From positions 35,094,001-35,158,000 of the forward strand of contig NC_086097.1 in the NCBI RefSeq assembly GCF_963921235.1: a stretch of 64,000 bases of DNA, given 5' to 3'. The first letter of the stretch is position 1. Every line of letters begins with the position of its first letter. This DNA comes from Mobula hypostoma. Lineage: Eukaryota. This document shows, piece by piece, positions 29,308-43,186 of this stretch. Made by a program: the position numbers and the translations under genes. The notes beneath the pieces were generated by a model. The model was not told where the DNA came from and did not search any database. It was given only the letters and a program-made list of their open reading frames with translations.

Positions 29308-29627
29308 TCCTCTGGGTCCCCCCCCCCCACTTTTCCTTCTCCCTGGGCCTCCTGTCCCATGATCCTCTCATATCCCTTTTGCCAATCACCTGTCCAGCTC
29401 TTGGCTCCATCCCTCCCCCTCCTGTCTTCTCCTATCATTTTGGATCTCCCCCTCCCCCTCCCACTTTCAAATCTCTCACCAGCTCTTCTTTCAGTTAGTC
29501 CTGACGAAGGGTCTCGGCCCGAAATGTCGACTGTAGCTCTTCCTAGAGGTGCTGCCTGGCCTGCTGTGTTCACCAGCAACTTTGATGTGTGTTGCCTGAA
29601 ATTCCAGCATCTGCAGAATTCCTTGTG
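29308..29627 (+). mobile_element. Solo PLE pLTR, same family as 13650-13971
   Basis: Near-identical to 13650-13965 and includes a hammerhead. Confidence 0.88.
29497..29532 (+). ncRNA. Minimal hammerhead ribozyme motif
   Basis: AGTC-CTGACGA-A-GGGTCTCGGCCC-GAAA-TGTC-GACT. Confidence 0.78.
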
Positions 29628-30424
29628 TCCACTATGAAGGAGTGCTTTGAGAGGTTGGTGATGTAACATGACAACTCCTGCTTGAGGAGTGACATGGACC
29701 TGCTCCAATTTGCTTTGTGTCATGACAGATCAACAGCAGATGCCAATACATTAGGACTTCACTCAACCCTAGAAAATCTGGATAGTGAGATGCTCTTCAA
29801 TCAGAATGCTCTTCATTGACTACAGCTCTGCATTCAACAATATCATGGCCTCAGAACTAATCAATAAGGCCTTAATTGCTGTTTGTGAAACTAGATCCTT
29901 GATTTTCTTACTTGCAGACACCAGTCAGTTTGGAATGGCAAAAACATCTCCTCCAGAATCACCATCAGCACAGGTGAAGAAGGCTGTATGCATTGCCTCT
30001 TGCTCTACTTGCATTATACTTACGACTGTGACACCATGTACAGCTCCAATGCCATATTTCAGTGTGCTGATGACACCACTGTTGACTGAATCAAAGGTGG
30101 TGACAAATCAGCATATAGGAGGGAGAATGAATATCTGGCGGAATGGTGACACAACAATAATTTCTCACTCAACACCAGCAAAACCAAAGAGCTGATTATT
30201 GACTAGAGGAGTAGGAAACCAGAGGTCCACGAGCCAGTTCTCTTCAGGGGATCAGAGGTGGACAGGGTCAGTGATTGGAGATTCCTTGGCGTTATCATTT
30301 CAGAGAATATGTCCTCGGTCCAGCAAAGGAGGCTCAACAGCAACTTTACTTTCTTAGAAGTTTGCAAAGGTTTGGTATGTTATCTAAAACCTTGACAAAC
30401 TTCTATAGATGCGTGGTGGAGAGT

Positions 30425-30790
30425 ATACTTTTATACTTCATACTTTATACTTTATTGTCGCCAAACAATTGATACGAGAACGTACAATCATCACAGCGAT
30501 ATTTGATTTGGCGCTTCCCGCTCCCTGGAGTACAAATCAATAGTAAATATTAAAAATTTAAATTATAAATCATAAATAGAAAATGGAAAGTTAGGTTGTG
30601 CAAAAAAAAAACCGAGAGGCAGGTCCGGATATTTGGAGGGTTCGCCCCAGATCCGGGTCAGGATCTGTTCAGCAGTCTTATCACAGTTGGAAAGAAGCTG
30701 TTCCCAAATCTGGCCATATGAGTCTTCAAGCTCCTGAGCCTTCTTCCGGAGGGAAGAGGGACGAAAAGTGTGTTGGCTGTGTGGGTCATG
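30425..30790 (-). mobile_element. Antisense Rex/Babar 3' fragment nested in the Rex/Babar host
   Basis: Reverse strand encodes LFVPLPSGRRLRSLKTHMARFGNSFFPTVIRLLN, with an (AAAGTAT)n tail. Confidence 0.8.
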
Positions 30791-31150
30791 TTGGTTGCAT
30801 CATAGCCTGGTATGGAAACCAATGCCCTTGAGTGGAAAATCCTACAAAAAGTAGTTGATACCATCCAGTCCATCAGAGGCAAAGCCCTTCCCACCGTTCA
30901 GCACATCTGTAAGGAAAGCAGCATCCATCATCAAGGATCCCCACCATCCAGGCCATGCTCTCTTCTCACTGCTGCCACTAGGAAGGAGGTGCAAGCGCTT
31001 TAGTTCCCACACCACCAGGTTCAGGGTCAATTACTACCCTTCAACCATCAAGCTCCTGAACCAGAGTGCAGAACTTCACTCACCCTAACACTGAACTGAT
31101 TCCACAACCTATGGACTCACTTTCAAGGACTCTATAACTCATGTTCTCAA

Positions 31151-31159
31151 TATTTATTT

Positions 31160-31195
<36 letters not shown>

Positions 31196-31197
31196 TT
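31151..31197 (+). repeat. (ATTT)n microsatellite
   Basis: About 11 units, seen directly. Confidence 0.9.
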
Positions 31198-34100
31198 GGT
31201 ATTTGCATGATTTATTGTCTTTTGCACATTTGTTGCTTGTCCACCTTTGTGTGCCATCTTTCATCGATTCAAATGTGTTTCTCTATATTTACTGTACATG
31301 TCCTCAAAAAATAAATTTCAGGGTAGTATATGGTGACATATATGCACTTTGATAATATATTTACTTCATTGAACTTCGGAAGAAAATTTGAACAGGAACT
31401 TTAAAAGAAAATTAGCTCAACTTTCCTAAATAGGTGCAATTTTGGATACAGTTTGTACCGGAACTACTGAACATGCCTAAAATGTAAACTCTGGTCCCCA
31501 TGGTGAAGAAACTCCCTCTATTAGCCACAGTAATTCAGCTCATCAGGCAGTCTGCCCTTGGTCGTCAGATGTGGTCTTTCTTTGGGAAGCTGGGTGCCTG
31601 CTAATTAACGAGGCCCAGAACAGCCCAATGCTATTCTGAATGGCAAGCCTGCTCCCAAGGTGCTTTGCGAAGTTCTGTCCTACTTGTACGTTCACCAGAG
31701 GTTTGAGCTGTAAAGGAGATTGAGCATCTATGGATGTCTCTGAAGAAGTGTTAAAAATTAACAATACTGTTAATTTTTTATAAATGTTAAAATTTATTAA
31801 AAGCATTTAAGGTGCAATGAAACAATTAAATTCATTTATCAATTTAATTAAATAAAAATAGGCTATCATGTACGGCCCCCCTCTCTGGCTAATTATCTTC
31901 AGTAAATTCAATGGCCCTTGAGGGAGCATTCTTGGCCATAGTGCAAGCAAATCTGCAAAGGTTTGCACTCCCCAAATGGGTATTATAACGATTCCAGTGG
32001 TGGATCACAGTTGAGTCAATGGTTCCATCAGCTGGGTGGAAGTTTGAGACGCCTGCCAGCTTTCAGAAGCTCATTTTAACTTGGATGATCTGAACCCATG
32101 GCCACTTCTTGAAAGTGCAGTCAGATGGATGTTTCAGGATATTATATGCAGAGAGTGGCAGTAGCAGAATTAATGGACAATCTTTTCAGTTTGAGTCAAA
32201 CAAAGCCGTCAAACAGGTTTGGGGCAGGATGACTCCCATCACTTTTTGTTGACGCATCCCATTATGCTGAAGTTCCTGCTCAGCCCTTCGCTGTGGGATC
32301 AGCCAAGCCACAGGTTGGGCAGACAAACAGTTAGGACATGTGCAGGCAGTATTTTGGTTCTTTAGAAAAATTAAGCTGCTTTTCAAACAGTACTACAAAC
32401 AAAGGACACACTGACCTCTTTTAATTTGATGAATGTCGGTCAAAGCGAGCATTTCAAAACCTACAGCTGTTCCTCTCCATTTCCTGACACATCTTCATCA
32501 TCACCCACACCATCCATCATCCCAGCTCATTCTCTTCTTGAGAATTCAGGTATCTCTGTTAGACTTTACGTTGAAAAATATGCTTAATCAAAAATCCCAT
32601 GATTTTGAATTCTCACAATGGTTAAATATTTAAGTGTACTGCAACTCTTCACTCAACTTTGTGATAAGGACTTCCAAAAGAACGATAGACAGCCACTTAA
32701 AGTTTATTTCCATTTTGGTAAGAAAGGAACAGCCGATAAACCATCTCTAAACATAGAATATAGAATATAGAACATTATAGAACAGTACAGGTCCTTTGGC
32801 CCACGATATTGTGCTGACCTTTAAACTTTTGGGGAATGCAAACAGCAATCATAATTATTTTTGGCTTAATCTTAGCCATGGACAGGAACAAGGGAAAAAT
32901 TTAATGGGCACAATACTTAACTACAGAAGGGCTAATTTTGAAGGATGCAGGTATAATTTAGAATCAACAATGATTAGGTAGGATAAAAACGAAAAACTTT
33001 CAGAAAGCAGCTAGTTTGAGTGGAGGTGGGGGGGAGTTGCGGAATGCATTTAAAACAAGTTCACTGAATGTCAAAAGGTACAAAGATTAAAATGAAATAG
33101 AGAAAATGGGTTTGAGATTGATGTTGTGTTCATAGTTCATTAGAGTACTGAGCTGAATACAAAAAATGCAGAGATGAACTGAAAAAGGAAACAAGGAAGA
33201 CAAAGAAAATATACGAGGATAGATTGGAGAGCAGCAATAAGATCTTGTGGAAGCAGAGATCATGACTAAATTACTTAATGTGCACTTTGCATCTATCTTC
33301 ACTAAAGAAGAAGACAGTGCTAATGAGGCAGTTAAAGGAAGAGGCTGTAGAGAAATTGGTCTGAACAGAAATAGATAAATGGGAGATGTTAATACTGCTC
33401 TAAGTAGGAAGGTCACCTTTTCTAGGTAGGATGCATCCTGGGTTACCTCGAGAAGTAATGGTGCAAATTGGTGCAAATCAGGCCCCAACTTTCCAGTACT
33501 TCCGAAATATAGGAGTAGTGACATGAATCTGAAGAAATATTAATATTGGAGCGCTCTTCAAAACAACAACAACTTTTAACTATGTAGGACATTGCTTATT
33601 GTAAAATATCCCAAGGCAAAGCATTGGAGAACTTAAAAACAAAATCAAGTACCAAGCCACATAAAATGGAATCATTGAGGATTTCTGACAAAAATGGAGC
33701 AGGTTCTGTGCTGATTGTAAAAGAGCTACCCAGGCTGTTTCCTCTTTCTAATACAAGGTTCATAGTCCTGTAGAGCTCAGCTCAAGTAGACATCCCAGTA
33801 CTTGTTAAATATGATAAGGATTTCTGCTCAACCATCCCCTTAGACAGTTAATTCCAGAGTTTGACTGCCTTTTATGCAGACACTTTTCCTTGTATCTACT
33901 CTAATTCAGATATTGTAAATCTATGGCCCTTGGTTTTTGACCCCTCTGCTAAGTGAAATTAGTCCTTTCAATTTCCTCTCTCCAAGCATCTCATAATGTT
34001 ATATACTCAATTATGTCTCCACTAACCTCCTCCATTCCAAAGAAAATAACACAAGTTTAACCTTCCTTTCCTTATGGCCAAGATTTTCCAGTTCTGTCAA

Positions 34101-34549
34101 CATCCTCGTACATCCTCCTTGCATCTTCTAGCATGTAATCCCACCTTTCCAGTAATTTGGTTGTATGAACAACATGCATCACTCTAGCACTGGTGTATCT
34201 GGTGTTTTATGCAGTTCTATTATGATCTCCTTTCTCTCATATTCTTTGCTTAAGCTATTAAAGAGATTTGACCATACATGGCATAATCTCAAAGTTTGCA
34301 GTGGGTGCTAAAACGTGTGGGTTTATGACCACTGCTGCCTTAAAGAATCTGTAGTTATGTATCCCAGTATCGCTCTTTTACTACATAGTATACACTCATC
34401 TGTTGCACATTCTCATCTTGTTACCCCTCCCTAACTGCATTACATCACACATCACCTGAATAAATTTTATTGGGAACTACTAGGACTGATGACAAAAAGC
34501 CCGAGGAGTGAGAGGATATTAAAAGGAGTGGAGAGAGATGGAAAATTTC

Positions 34550-34897
34550 ATAAGATATAGGAGCAGAATTAGGCCACTTGGCCATTGAGTCTGCTCCACA
34601 ATTTCTTCATGGCTGATCCAATTTTCCTCTCAGCCACAATCTCCCGCTTTCTCCCTATATCCCTTCATGCCCCAACCAGTCAAGAATCTATCAACCTCTA
34701 CCTTAAATATACATAAAGATTTGGCCTCCGTAGCTGCCTGGTGGCAAAGAATTCCACAAATTCACCACTCTCTGGCTAAAGAAATTCCTCCTCATCTCCA
34801 ATCTAAAAGAATGCCCCTCTATTCTGAGGCTGTGTCCTCTAGCCATAGACTCCCCATCCAAAGGAAACGTCCTCTCCATATTCACTCTATCAAAGGC
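34550..34897 (-). mobile_element. CR1 3' fragment
   Basis: RGHSLRIEG..FFSQRVVNLWNSLP in ORF 34703-35101, plus CR1 tail. Confidence 0.85.
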
Positions 34898-35344
34898 TAA
34901 GGAGGAATTCCAGATCCGATAGACAAAAAATATAGGAATAAACTTGGCAAGTATTGGCGAGTTTCCTAAGATCAGTGACAGATTTACTGATTTTAATCTG
35001 TAACAAAATGAATTGGTATTTGGAAAAATATGGAGTATTAAATGAAAGTAGATTTCTGAACAGTCCATGAACACTACCTTATTATTCCTTTCTTTTTGCA
35101 CTATTTAGTGTGTGTCGACAAATTGTGTTTGTCAAACTGAAAGATTTCTCTGATGAAGTCATGAAAAAGCTGGGTGTTGGTATTGTGTTTAATGCTGATA
35201 GTTTGGAGTTTATCCAAGTGTTTGACCATATAAACCACAAAGGCATGATCAGCATTAAAGCTATTCCAATTAAAGAAGCAACTGTTGCATGGGTGTGAAA
35301 TTCAGTAAGAGGTAATAGGCAGAAAGTGTTAGGTCAGAAGGGAG

Positions 35345-36289
35345 GGAGTTCCCTCTAAGCTGCATGGGTGGTGCTGTTACCGAAATGCTCCCATGCTCAT
35401 AGTCTTTGTTGCTGCACAGCTGGAATTTTCTTTAAATAATGTTAATATAATTTTGAATTTTTGCTAATATAATTTAGATGTTTATATTAATATAACTGTG
35501 AAATACCTTGTAATTATTAATGTGTTAATGAATATAATCCATAAATTTTCTAAATAATAAACATACCACAACCTTCACCTTGAAACATTTTAGAGCTTTG
35601 ACGTATTTACATTGTTAGGGTTTTTCACAACACTGGGAAAAGAGAGTGTTGTATGACTGACAAAAAAAATACTGAGCTATTATTACAAACTATGAAGAAA
35701 ATATTGCCTCAAATATATCGCAGCGATATTGTGATTGCAAATTTGTGGTTTCTGAGAAACTTAAGACTGGTTCAATTAAGATGTTCACTGATATATTGAA
35801 CTACGTAAATACGAAGAACTGAATTTTTGTTGACATCATTTGAACATTACGCTCTTCTAGTGCTGACTGTGAATGTGGATTCCGTTTTGTGGATTCCGTT
35901 TTATGAATTCCATCATATGTAAATTGAGAAACAGACTTAGAAGTGGAACATTTGGATGATCTAATGCGGATTAAGATGTGACTTTCATCTGGATGTGAAT
36001 TTAATCTGGACAGTCTTTATAGACAATGGATTTGTAATGAAGAAAGATGAGAAAAAGCTTACGAAACGCGAAAGATTTTCTTGGTTGTACCGTATTTCAT
36101 TATACCCTTCAATTAATAAATAAAATAAAAAATACATGATTTTTCAATTTTCATTCTAAATATTCATAGTATGCTTATTACAAAAAAAAACATTAAAATG
36201 CCGTGCAGTTTTTAGGCCAGGTAAAGATCTCCTGCTTAGAGCAATGCCTGGCCGTCGCAACTGTACGAAAAAAATTAGAGGGAACGTTG
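35345..36289 (+). mobile_element. Internally deleted hAT DNA transposon (Tip100/ZNF862-like C-terminus)
   Basis: TIR cores GTTCCCTCTAA (35348-35358) and TTAGAGGGAAC (36275-36285). Decayed dimerization motif SSADCECGF..MNSIICKLRNRL..EHLDDLMRIK at ~35850-35975. Possible 8-bp TSD GTCAG(A/G)AG. Confidence 0.75.
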
Positions 36290-36619
36290 GTCAGGAGGCA
36301 GAGAAGAGTTTGGCAGGGGGCAGTTAGAGGGCAGAGAGGATTTGGCCATAAAATAGCTAGGGTTGGGTAATAGATACTGAGGGGTGGGGAGGGAATTAGA
36401 GATGGGATTGAATCAGGGGGGGAGGGCAATGTTCAGAAGGCAGAGGACAATGATTTAGGAGGGAGAGGGAACTGGGTAACTGGGGGGTGGAAGTAGGTCA
36501 ACAAGGAGAAGAGAGTAGGTGAAACAGGCTAAGCAGTAGAGGAAAATAGGTCAGGAGGTAGGGAGAAGTGGGTCCGGAATAGGAAATTAATGTTTTTTTA
36601 ACCGGGGAAAATATTTGGT

Positions 36620-37400
36620 TGATGAATCTGGATGTCATTTTTGGGAACATAAGGATCTGGATTTGATTGTGGACCACGTCATCTTAAAATTTGCAGGTGA
36701 CGCGGGCCTTAGATTTGTAATAAATAAAGTTGGAGAACGAAAGTGGCTTGCGGAGGATGGAAACAAAGTGGTGGGATGGGCAGATACAGTGTTGAAATTT
36801 TACGGAAAGAAGCATGAAGTGCGTCATTTTGTTCAAGAAACAGGAACATAAATTAATAAAGGATTTAGACGAGCAGAGAGATGTATAAAAGCAAACGAGA
36901 TTGGCAAGACAAATTGTGAAAGGTTTAAAAGAACTATGAACTTTATTAACAGGAAAAGAAAGTTCAAAGGGAAGGCACACTAAACCTTTATGCAGCCCTC
37001 ATTTCCATTTACAGCCTGCTGAAATATTGAGTTTTATTCTAGACAGTGGATTTAAGAGGGATGTCAACGCGTAAGACAGAGTGTAGATGAAAGACTTAAT
37101 TATATGGAGAGGCATCAGAAACTTGAGCTTTGTAAGTATGAGAACCAAAAGCTGCAAGCTGATAAAAGATAATTATGTAGCCAGATGTTATGATCTAAGT
37201 CGATTGCCTAAATGCTTTTAGAAGTATTTCAATAATGACTTTCGAAAGGGAATTACACAGAAGTTGTTTAAACACCTAGCAGAAAACATTGCATTAGTTG
37301 AGAGGAAGTGCAGGGGACTGGGATGAATTAATGAGGCGTTCAAAGAGCTAGCTCAGTCATGATGGGCTGACTGGCCTCCCTTCCTGCTGTATGGTTTCAT
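36620..37400 (+). mobile_element. Old CR1 fragment
   Basis: ILKFAGD in ORF 36615-36851 and a CR1-like 3' end GATGGGCTGACTGGCCTCCC..GCTGTATG. Confidence 0.55.
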
Positions 37401-38036
37401 GATTTTTTTAAAATTAGAAGTTCATTAGCTGTACGCCAGTCACTGGTACAATTTCCTTTTCTGCTGAATTTTCATATCTGTAACTATGCCTCTGGTATCT
37501 CTTCCCCTCATTGTTTAAAATTGCAGAAATGAATTCCATCCAGACCCAAGGCTTTATCTTCTCCAAGCTTGACTAATTTATCTTAAATGTCATAGATTTT
37601 TTTTTAAAAACATTCGTTTATTGTCACATCCATTCTTTTACTCCTGTTAGTAAACACAGAAACAAGGTAATTATTCAGTAATTCTGCTATTTCCCTAATT
37701 ACTGCTTTGTTATGCTACTTAAAGCACTGGAATGTATTTACATAAACTTTCCACCATCTAGTTGGAAAATGTTTGTAAGGAACAATTATCAACAGTGAAA
37801 CCTTTGGATTGGGTAAAAACCTAGTTCGGAAATGAGCAACCTCGGCCCAATCGCCGAAAGGAAGGGCAGTCAATCTAGGTACAAAACAGTCTCTGAGGGA
37901 AAGCATTTAATGCAGAAGATGTCAGAACAATTTAATACTGAATAAAAGATAAGAGTGCTTGGACTGGGGAGGCTTGAAATGAAAGGGCCACTTCACAAAT
38001 AATCTCTATTGTGTGACAGTTTGACAGAGTATGTAA

Positions 38037-38067
38037 ACACAAAATAATCTGCAGATGCTGTTGTCAA
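38037..38067 (-). mobile_element. 31-bp PLE terminal micro-insertion with 9-bp TSD
   Basis: CAAAATAATCTGCAGATGCTGTTGTCAA is identical to 50631-50658. TSD AGTATGTAA at 38028-38036 and 38068-38076. Confidence 0.8.
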
Positions 38068-38905
38068 AGTATGTAAGTGGAAGATGGTAGCATAGGATAG
38101 GGAGATATGTGGAAGAATAGATGCATCAGAGAATGTGTATGTGCGGGTGTATGTGTGTAATTAACTTATAGGACATCTGCAGTGCTGGCAACTCTAATTT
38201 TTTGCATATACTGAAATGCCTTATAGGAGGTGGTGGTGAGGCCTGTGCCTGTATTTATCAGAAATATTCTTTTTCCGTAAAAATACTTGAAACCTGTTGC
38301 ATCTTATTTTGTGTAAGTTTTCAGTTTTTGGAAGGCTCTTTAGTGGGAGAGAGGCAATCCACACATATCATTTTCCGTAAGTAAGTCATAAACTATTGTG
38401 CCTCGACGGGAGAAATATCAGTTTATAAAGAAGAGTGGGCACTGCGGCTCGCTGGGCCCACATTGATTATCAAGCATCCATCTTTACAGTAATGCCACCC
38501 TGTTCTAGTGACTCCCTTCAGGTTTGTCTGCTCTTCTAGTTACTCGTGTTTGTTTTACTAACAGAAAGAGTAAAAAAAAGAAATAATGCAGTGCAGTGAA
38601 ATTATCTTCCATATGTCATAATGTCTAAAATTTTGTTAATTCACCAAAGCAAAAGTAAAAGTGGCACATCTATATAAAACTTCAAAAAAAGTTACATGTG
38701 CTATTTTGTAGAAAGTGACAATTTTGTTTCTGTTAGTTATTGGTATGTGGCCTGTTGAAAGGGAGTTTATACAAGAAAATAAAATGGCAGTATGTGAAAG
38801 TCATTTGAGGCTCTTGACAGAAATTGGAATTTTATTTTAACATCTGATTATTTCAATTTGATTCAAATTGAATTTTAATTGAAACTGATTAACAAAATGA
38901 GGTAA

Positions 38906-39040
38906 ACAACAGGAATTCTGCAGATGCTGGAAATTCAAGCAACACACATCAAAGTCGCTGGTGAACGCAGCAGGCCAGGCAGCATCTGTAGGAAGAGGTG
39001 CAGTCGATGTTTCAGGCCGAGACCCTTCGTCAGGACTAAC
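38906..39040 (-). mobile_element. PLE mini-insertion (hammerhead + 3' tail) with TSD
   Basis: Direct repeat TAACAAAATGAGGTAA at 38890-38905 and 39037-39052. Hammerhead at 39002-39037 (reverse complement AGTC-CTGACGA-A-GGGTCTCGGCCT-GAAA-CATC-GACT). Confidence 0.88.
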
Positions 39041-39109
39041 AAAATGAGGTAATAGCTTCCTGGCTGTACATCTCCTGGACCTGAGTTCAATTCCAGGCAC
39101 TTGAGAAAG

Positions 39110-39365
39110 GATCAATGTACAAAGTTAAAGGTAAATTTATTAACAAAGTATGTATATGTCTCCATATACTACTCTGAGATTCATTTTCTTGCAGGCATTC
39201 ACAGTCAAACAAAGAAATGCAGTCAAATGAATGAAAAACTACACATACAACCAATGTTCAAAAGAAGACGAACTACGCAAATACAAAAAAAACAAATAAA
39301 CAGTACTGTGAACATGAATTGTAGAGTCCTTGAAAATGAGTCCATAGGTTGTGGAATCAGTTCCT
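39110..39365 (-). mobile_element. Rex/Babar-type 3' tail fragment
   Basis: AAAGGTAAATTTATTAACAAAGTATGTATATGTC, same tail as 5840 and 40560. Confidence 0.6.
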
Positions 39366-40019
39366 ATGGTTACAGGTTTCCTAGTCTTCAACAGAGTGCA
39401 GCACTGATTAAGAGAATGAGATTCAGATTAAATTGAAAGAATGTCTTTTAGAAACCTGTCTGTTATTCCTTGGTGTTCAGAATCTTAGAAGCTGTTTGGA
39501 ACATTCAGTGGATTTCACAGCAAAGAAACAGTGAAATGATCCCATTTGTTGGATGAAACAATTTGAGAAATCTTGAAATCAGAGTTTGACCATTTTATGA
39601 GTAGAATTTGGATGTATATTTCCATGTAAGTTTTATTGGAAATTTGATAAAGCCTTCCCAAATAGCTAAGGGTGCTGGATCAAACAAATGATCAAGGATG
39701 TGATCCAAAAACTCTGGTTAGTTAAGAAATCACAGGTAGATCACAGGTGTTCTAATGCAGAGCAGACAGAACCTAATTGAACTTGGAACAAGAACTGAAT
39801 GTCCTATTAGCTTGTTGATTATAGAAATTCCCCTTTTGTTATGCAAATTTAAGTTTTAGATAAACAGTTATCTTCATTTTCAAACAACATATATCATGAA
39901 AGGAATGTTCCAGTTTTTCTTTTTCTGAGCAAGTTACTTCCCTTGACGACTCCATTCCATTTTCTAGTTTTTTCCAGCCCCAGTGGTACCTCTTTTGATG
40001 ATATTTTTATGTCAGTACT

Positions 40020-40592
40020 TCACACAACCTGGTACGGAAACACTCATACCCTTGACTGGAAAATCCTACAAAAAGTAGTGGATTCGGTCCAGGCCATCAT
40101 GGGTAAAATGCACATCTACACGGAGCCCTGTCATAGGAAAGCTACATCCATCATCAGGGTTCCTCACCACCCAGGTCATGCTCTCTTCTCACCGCTGCCA
40201 TCAGGAAGAAGGTACAGGAGCCTCAGGACTCACACCACCAGGTTCAGGACTAGTTATTAACCCCTCATCCATCAGGCTCTTGAACCAGTGGGGATAACTT
40301 AACTAATCTTCACTTGTCACATCATTGAACTGTTTTCACAACCTATGGGCTCACTTTCAAGGAGACTTTGTCTCATGTTCTCAATATTTATTTCTTCTTC
40401 TTATTTCTTTCTTTTTGTATTTGCAGTTTGTTGTCTTTTGACCACTGGTTGTTTCTATGCCCTGTTGGGTGTAGTCTTTCGTTGATTTTATAATGGTTTT
40501 TGGATTAGCTGAGTATGCCCAAAAGAAAATGAACCTCAGGGTTATATGTGGTGACATATATGTACTTTGATAATAAATTTACTTTGAACTTT
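40020..40592 (+). mobile_element. Rex/Babar-type LINE 3' fragment
   Basis: WYGN..LQKVVD..HHPGHALFSPLPSGRRYRSL; colinear with 30805-31380. Confidence 0.85.
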
Positions 40593-40599
40593 GATATGG

Positions 40600-41720
40600 C
40601 TCCCTTTTTTCATCTTTAACAATAGATCCATCCTCACGACTACCATTCTTGATAAGACTCTCAACTGCATCTCTGCTTTACTTCCTCTGTTCTCAGCCTT
40701 CCTCCCTCTTCCAGAGAAAGGATAGGGTTCCATTTGTCCAATCCTTCACCCCATAGGTCTTCTTATTGAACAATAATCCCACGTAATTTCTTCTACAGTG
40801 TACTTTCACCACGGTCCTTCCAACACTCACTTCTTCTTCCCATTTAGCATTCTGACAGAATCACTCTCTCTGTGATTCACCTGATACAACTCTAATCAGC
40901 ACCAATGCCCCTCCATATGCCACTATCCCATAAACAGCAGGAGAGGCAACACCTACACTTCAGGTATTTTTTAAAACTATTTATCTTTCCACCATCTAGG
41001 GCACCAAATGTTCCTTCCAGGTGAAGTAGTGAATGACTTGTATTTCTTGTAATTTAACGTAATACATTTGATATTCATGAAGTGGTCTCCTCTACATTGG
41101 AGAAATCAAATGCCGATTGGATGATCACTTTGTAGAGCACCTTCCTTCATTCTGCAAGGGAGATCCTGAGTTTGCAGTAGTCTGTCACTTTAATTTCCTG
41201 TCCTTTTCCACTCTGATGACTCTGTCCTTGGCCTGTTACAATAAAGTCCAAAATAAAAATGAGGAAGAACACCTTCCCTTCTGAATTGGCACAGTATGTT
41301 TCAGCCCTCAGAATTCAACATCAAATTCAGCAATTTCAGATAACCAGCCTTTCCAGTCTGTAACAGAACTGTTACCTGAGCAACTGGGGTTTGCCAGTGT
41401 TCTCTGTCATTTCAGATTCCCAACAAATGCACTCACAGTCCTAACATTGTTTTCCGCTCTCTACTTTACTATTATCTCCCTCCTCAAATATTTCCTCAGC
41501 TGCAATAAACAAGCTGTTACCACTTTCTCTTCACTTGTGTCATTCATTCTCTCCTGACACAGGCATCTCCTTTATTTAGTTACACTGCTCCTTCTCTGCC
41601 AATTGAAACAAGCTTATTTTCTATTTTTCCCTCAATGTGATGAAACATTAACTCAGTCATCTTCTCCATTGATGCTGCCTGGCTTGCAAAGTATTTGTTT
41701 CTGATTCTAATTTCCAGTTT
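40600..41720 (+). mobile_element. Old degraded Penelope-like element (GIY-YIG region + pLTR)
   Basis: Colinear with 12919-13542: GATAGGGTTCC, CCTTCCAGGTGAAG, GGTCTCCTCTACATTGGAGAA (GLLYIGE), GAGGAAGAACACCTT. Confidence 0.75.
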
Positions 41721-43086
41721 GTGTACTTTTGTTTTGCTTTTTTATTCAGTACAACATTGATAGTCATTTTATTAATTTCAATTTTATTAAGTTTACTTTC
41801 TTCAGTTCTAATTATTATATTAAGTGGATTGCAGATGAAGTTAGTATTTATTGCCTATCTCCAGCTATCATAAGAACAGATGAATGGTTTGTTAGGAAAA
41901 TGCAGAAGACTGTTACAAGTCATCCATATTAATTTGGACTCGATGTCTCACTTAAGCCCAGCCAGCAGGTTCCTTCCCTGAAGAACATTAATAAACTTGC
42001 TATGTTTACCCCAAGCTTCATTGTCAGGTTCTAATAGACATCAGTATATTTGCTACTTGTCACTTTCAGAATTTTTATGAAGCATCCTTATTAAATACTC
42101 CAAGTTGAATAATTAGAATTTCAACAAATTATGTTTTAGTTTATATATACACACTGAAATCTGTAACTTAATTAACTTCTTAGATCAAATCTGCTAAAAG
42201 GTTGCAGTTAAAGTGGAAAGACTTTTAATTCTATAGGGGAGTTGCAGTGCAAATCTAGATTTGAGTCATGATGTATTGAATTGGATCTAGACTTCTTCCT
42301 CTTGTGATTTGCCAAGCATCAATGTTACAGATAGGTTGTGACACAGTCTAAATGCTGAATTTGCAATAAAAACAAACCTTTTTGTACACTTTTATTTAAT
42401 ATGTGTATTTTTAAATTTTATAATCCATTCAATTCTGTATTAATGATTCACTTGATTTTCATGCTACTACTCAACAATGATATTAAATGCTCTTTGCAAA
42501 TCCAATTGAATAAGATGGTTTATAAACAGCAGTTTATCTATTTTTGTGATGAAAACTAGATAATTAATTTGCTACAAAATCACACTGGGAAAAAAAAGAA
42601 AACATTTGCTGTCTAGCTGATATACAACAATACCTTGTTTTAAAAAAAGTAAGTTGTGAAAATAATTCTGCTGGTGTGCAATTTCTATTTGGTTCTAGTA
42701 TTTTTTTGACCAGGAGGAAGTGAGTACATGAAGGAAACATTGAACATGACATTTCTATTTATGTTAGCACATACTCGCAGAATTCTTAAAGAATCTCATG
42801 CATCTTTGATTAGAGATCCAGGCTGGTTATACCAATATAAAAAACCTTAGGGAAGTTTCTTTTGTATTACTATAAAAATCAATGATATGACACAGGTGCC
42901 GGTTCAAAATCTAATATGCACATCTATACAGAGAAATGAAACAATTTCAGCAAGTAGTTTCAATTCTCTTTGGTTTTACAAATGACTTGAGCCAAATATA
43001 AAACCACAGAGGTTTCTAATGAGTCTGTCTGGTCGTATTATAGATGTGTATACAGACTCATTAAGTAAAACATATACTGTATATTT

Positions 43087-43186
43087 TAGTCCTGATGAAG
43101 CATCTCGGCCCAAAACGTCGGCTGTTTACTCTTTTCCATAGATGCTGCCTGGCCTGCTGAGTTCCTCCAGCATTGTGTGTGTGTTC
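43087..43186 (+). mobile_element. 100-bp PLE mini-insertion (degenerate hammerhead + tail) with 10-bp TSD
   Basis: TSD CTGTATATTT at 43077-43086 and 43187-43196. Starts TAGTCCTGATGAAG. Confidence 0.85.

Larger units (their letters stand above)
29140..31380 (+). mobile_element. Degraded Rex1/Babar-type LINE (RT to 3' tail) with two nested insertions
   Basis: CFKQASSIPVPKK, MLFIDYSSAFN, FYRCVVESIL, IIKDPHHPGHALFSLLP. Tail TTTGATAATATATTTACTT. Confidence 0.88.
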
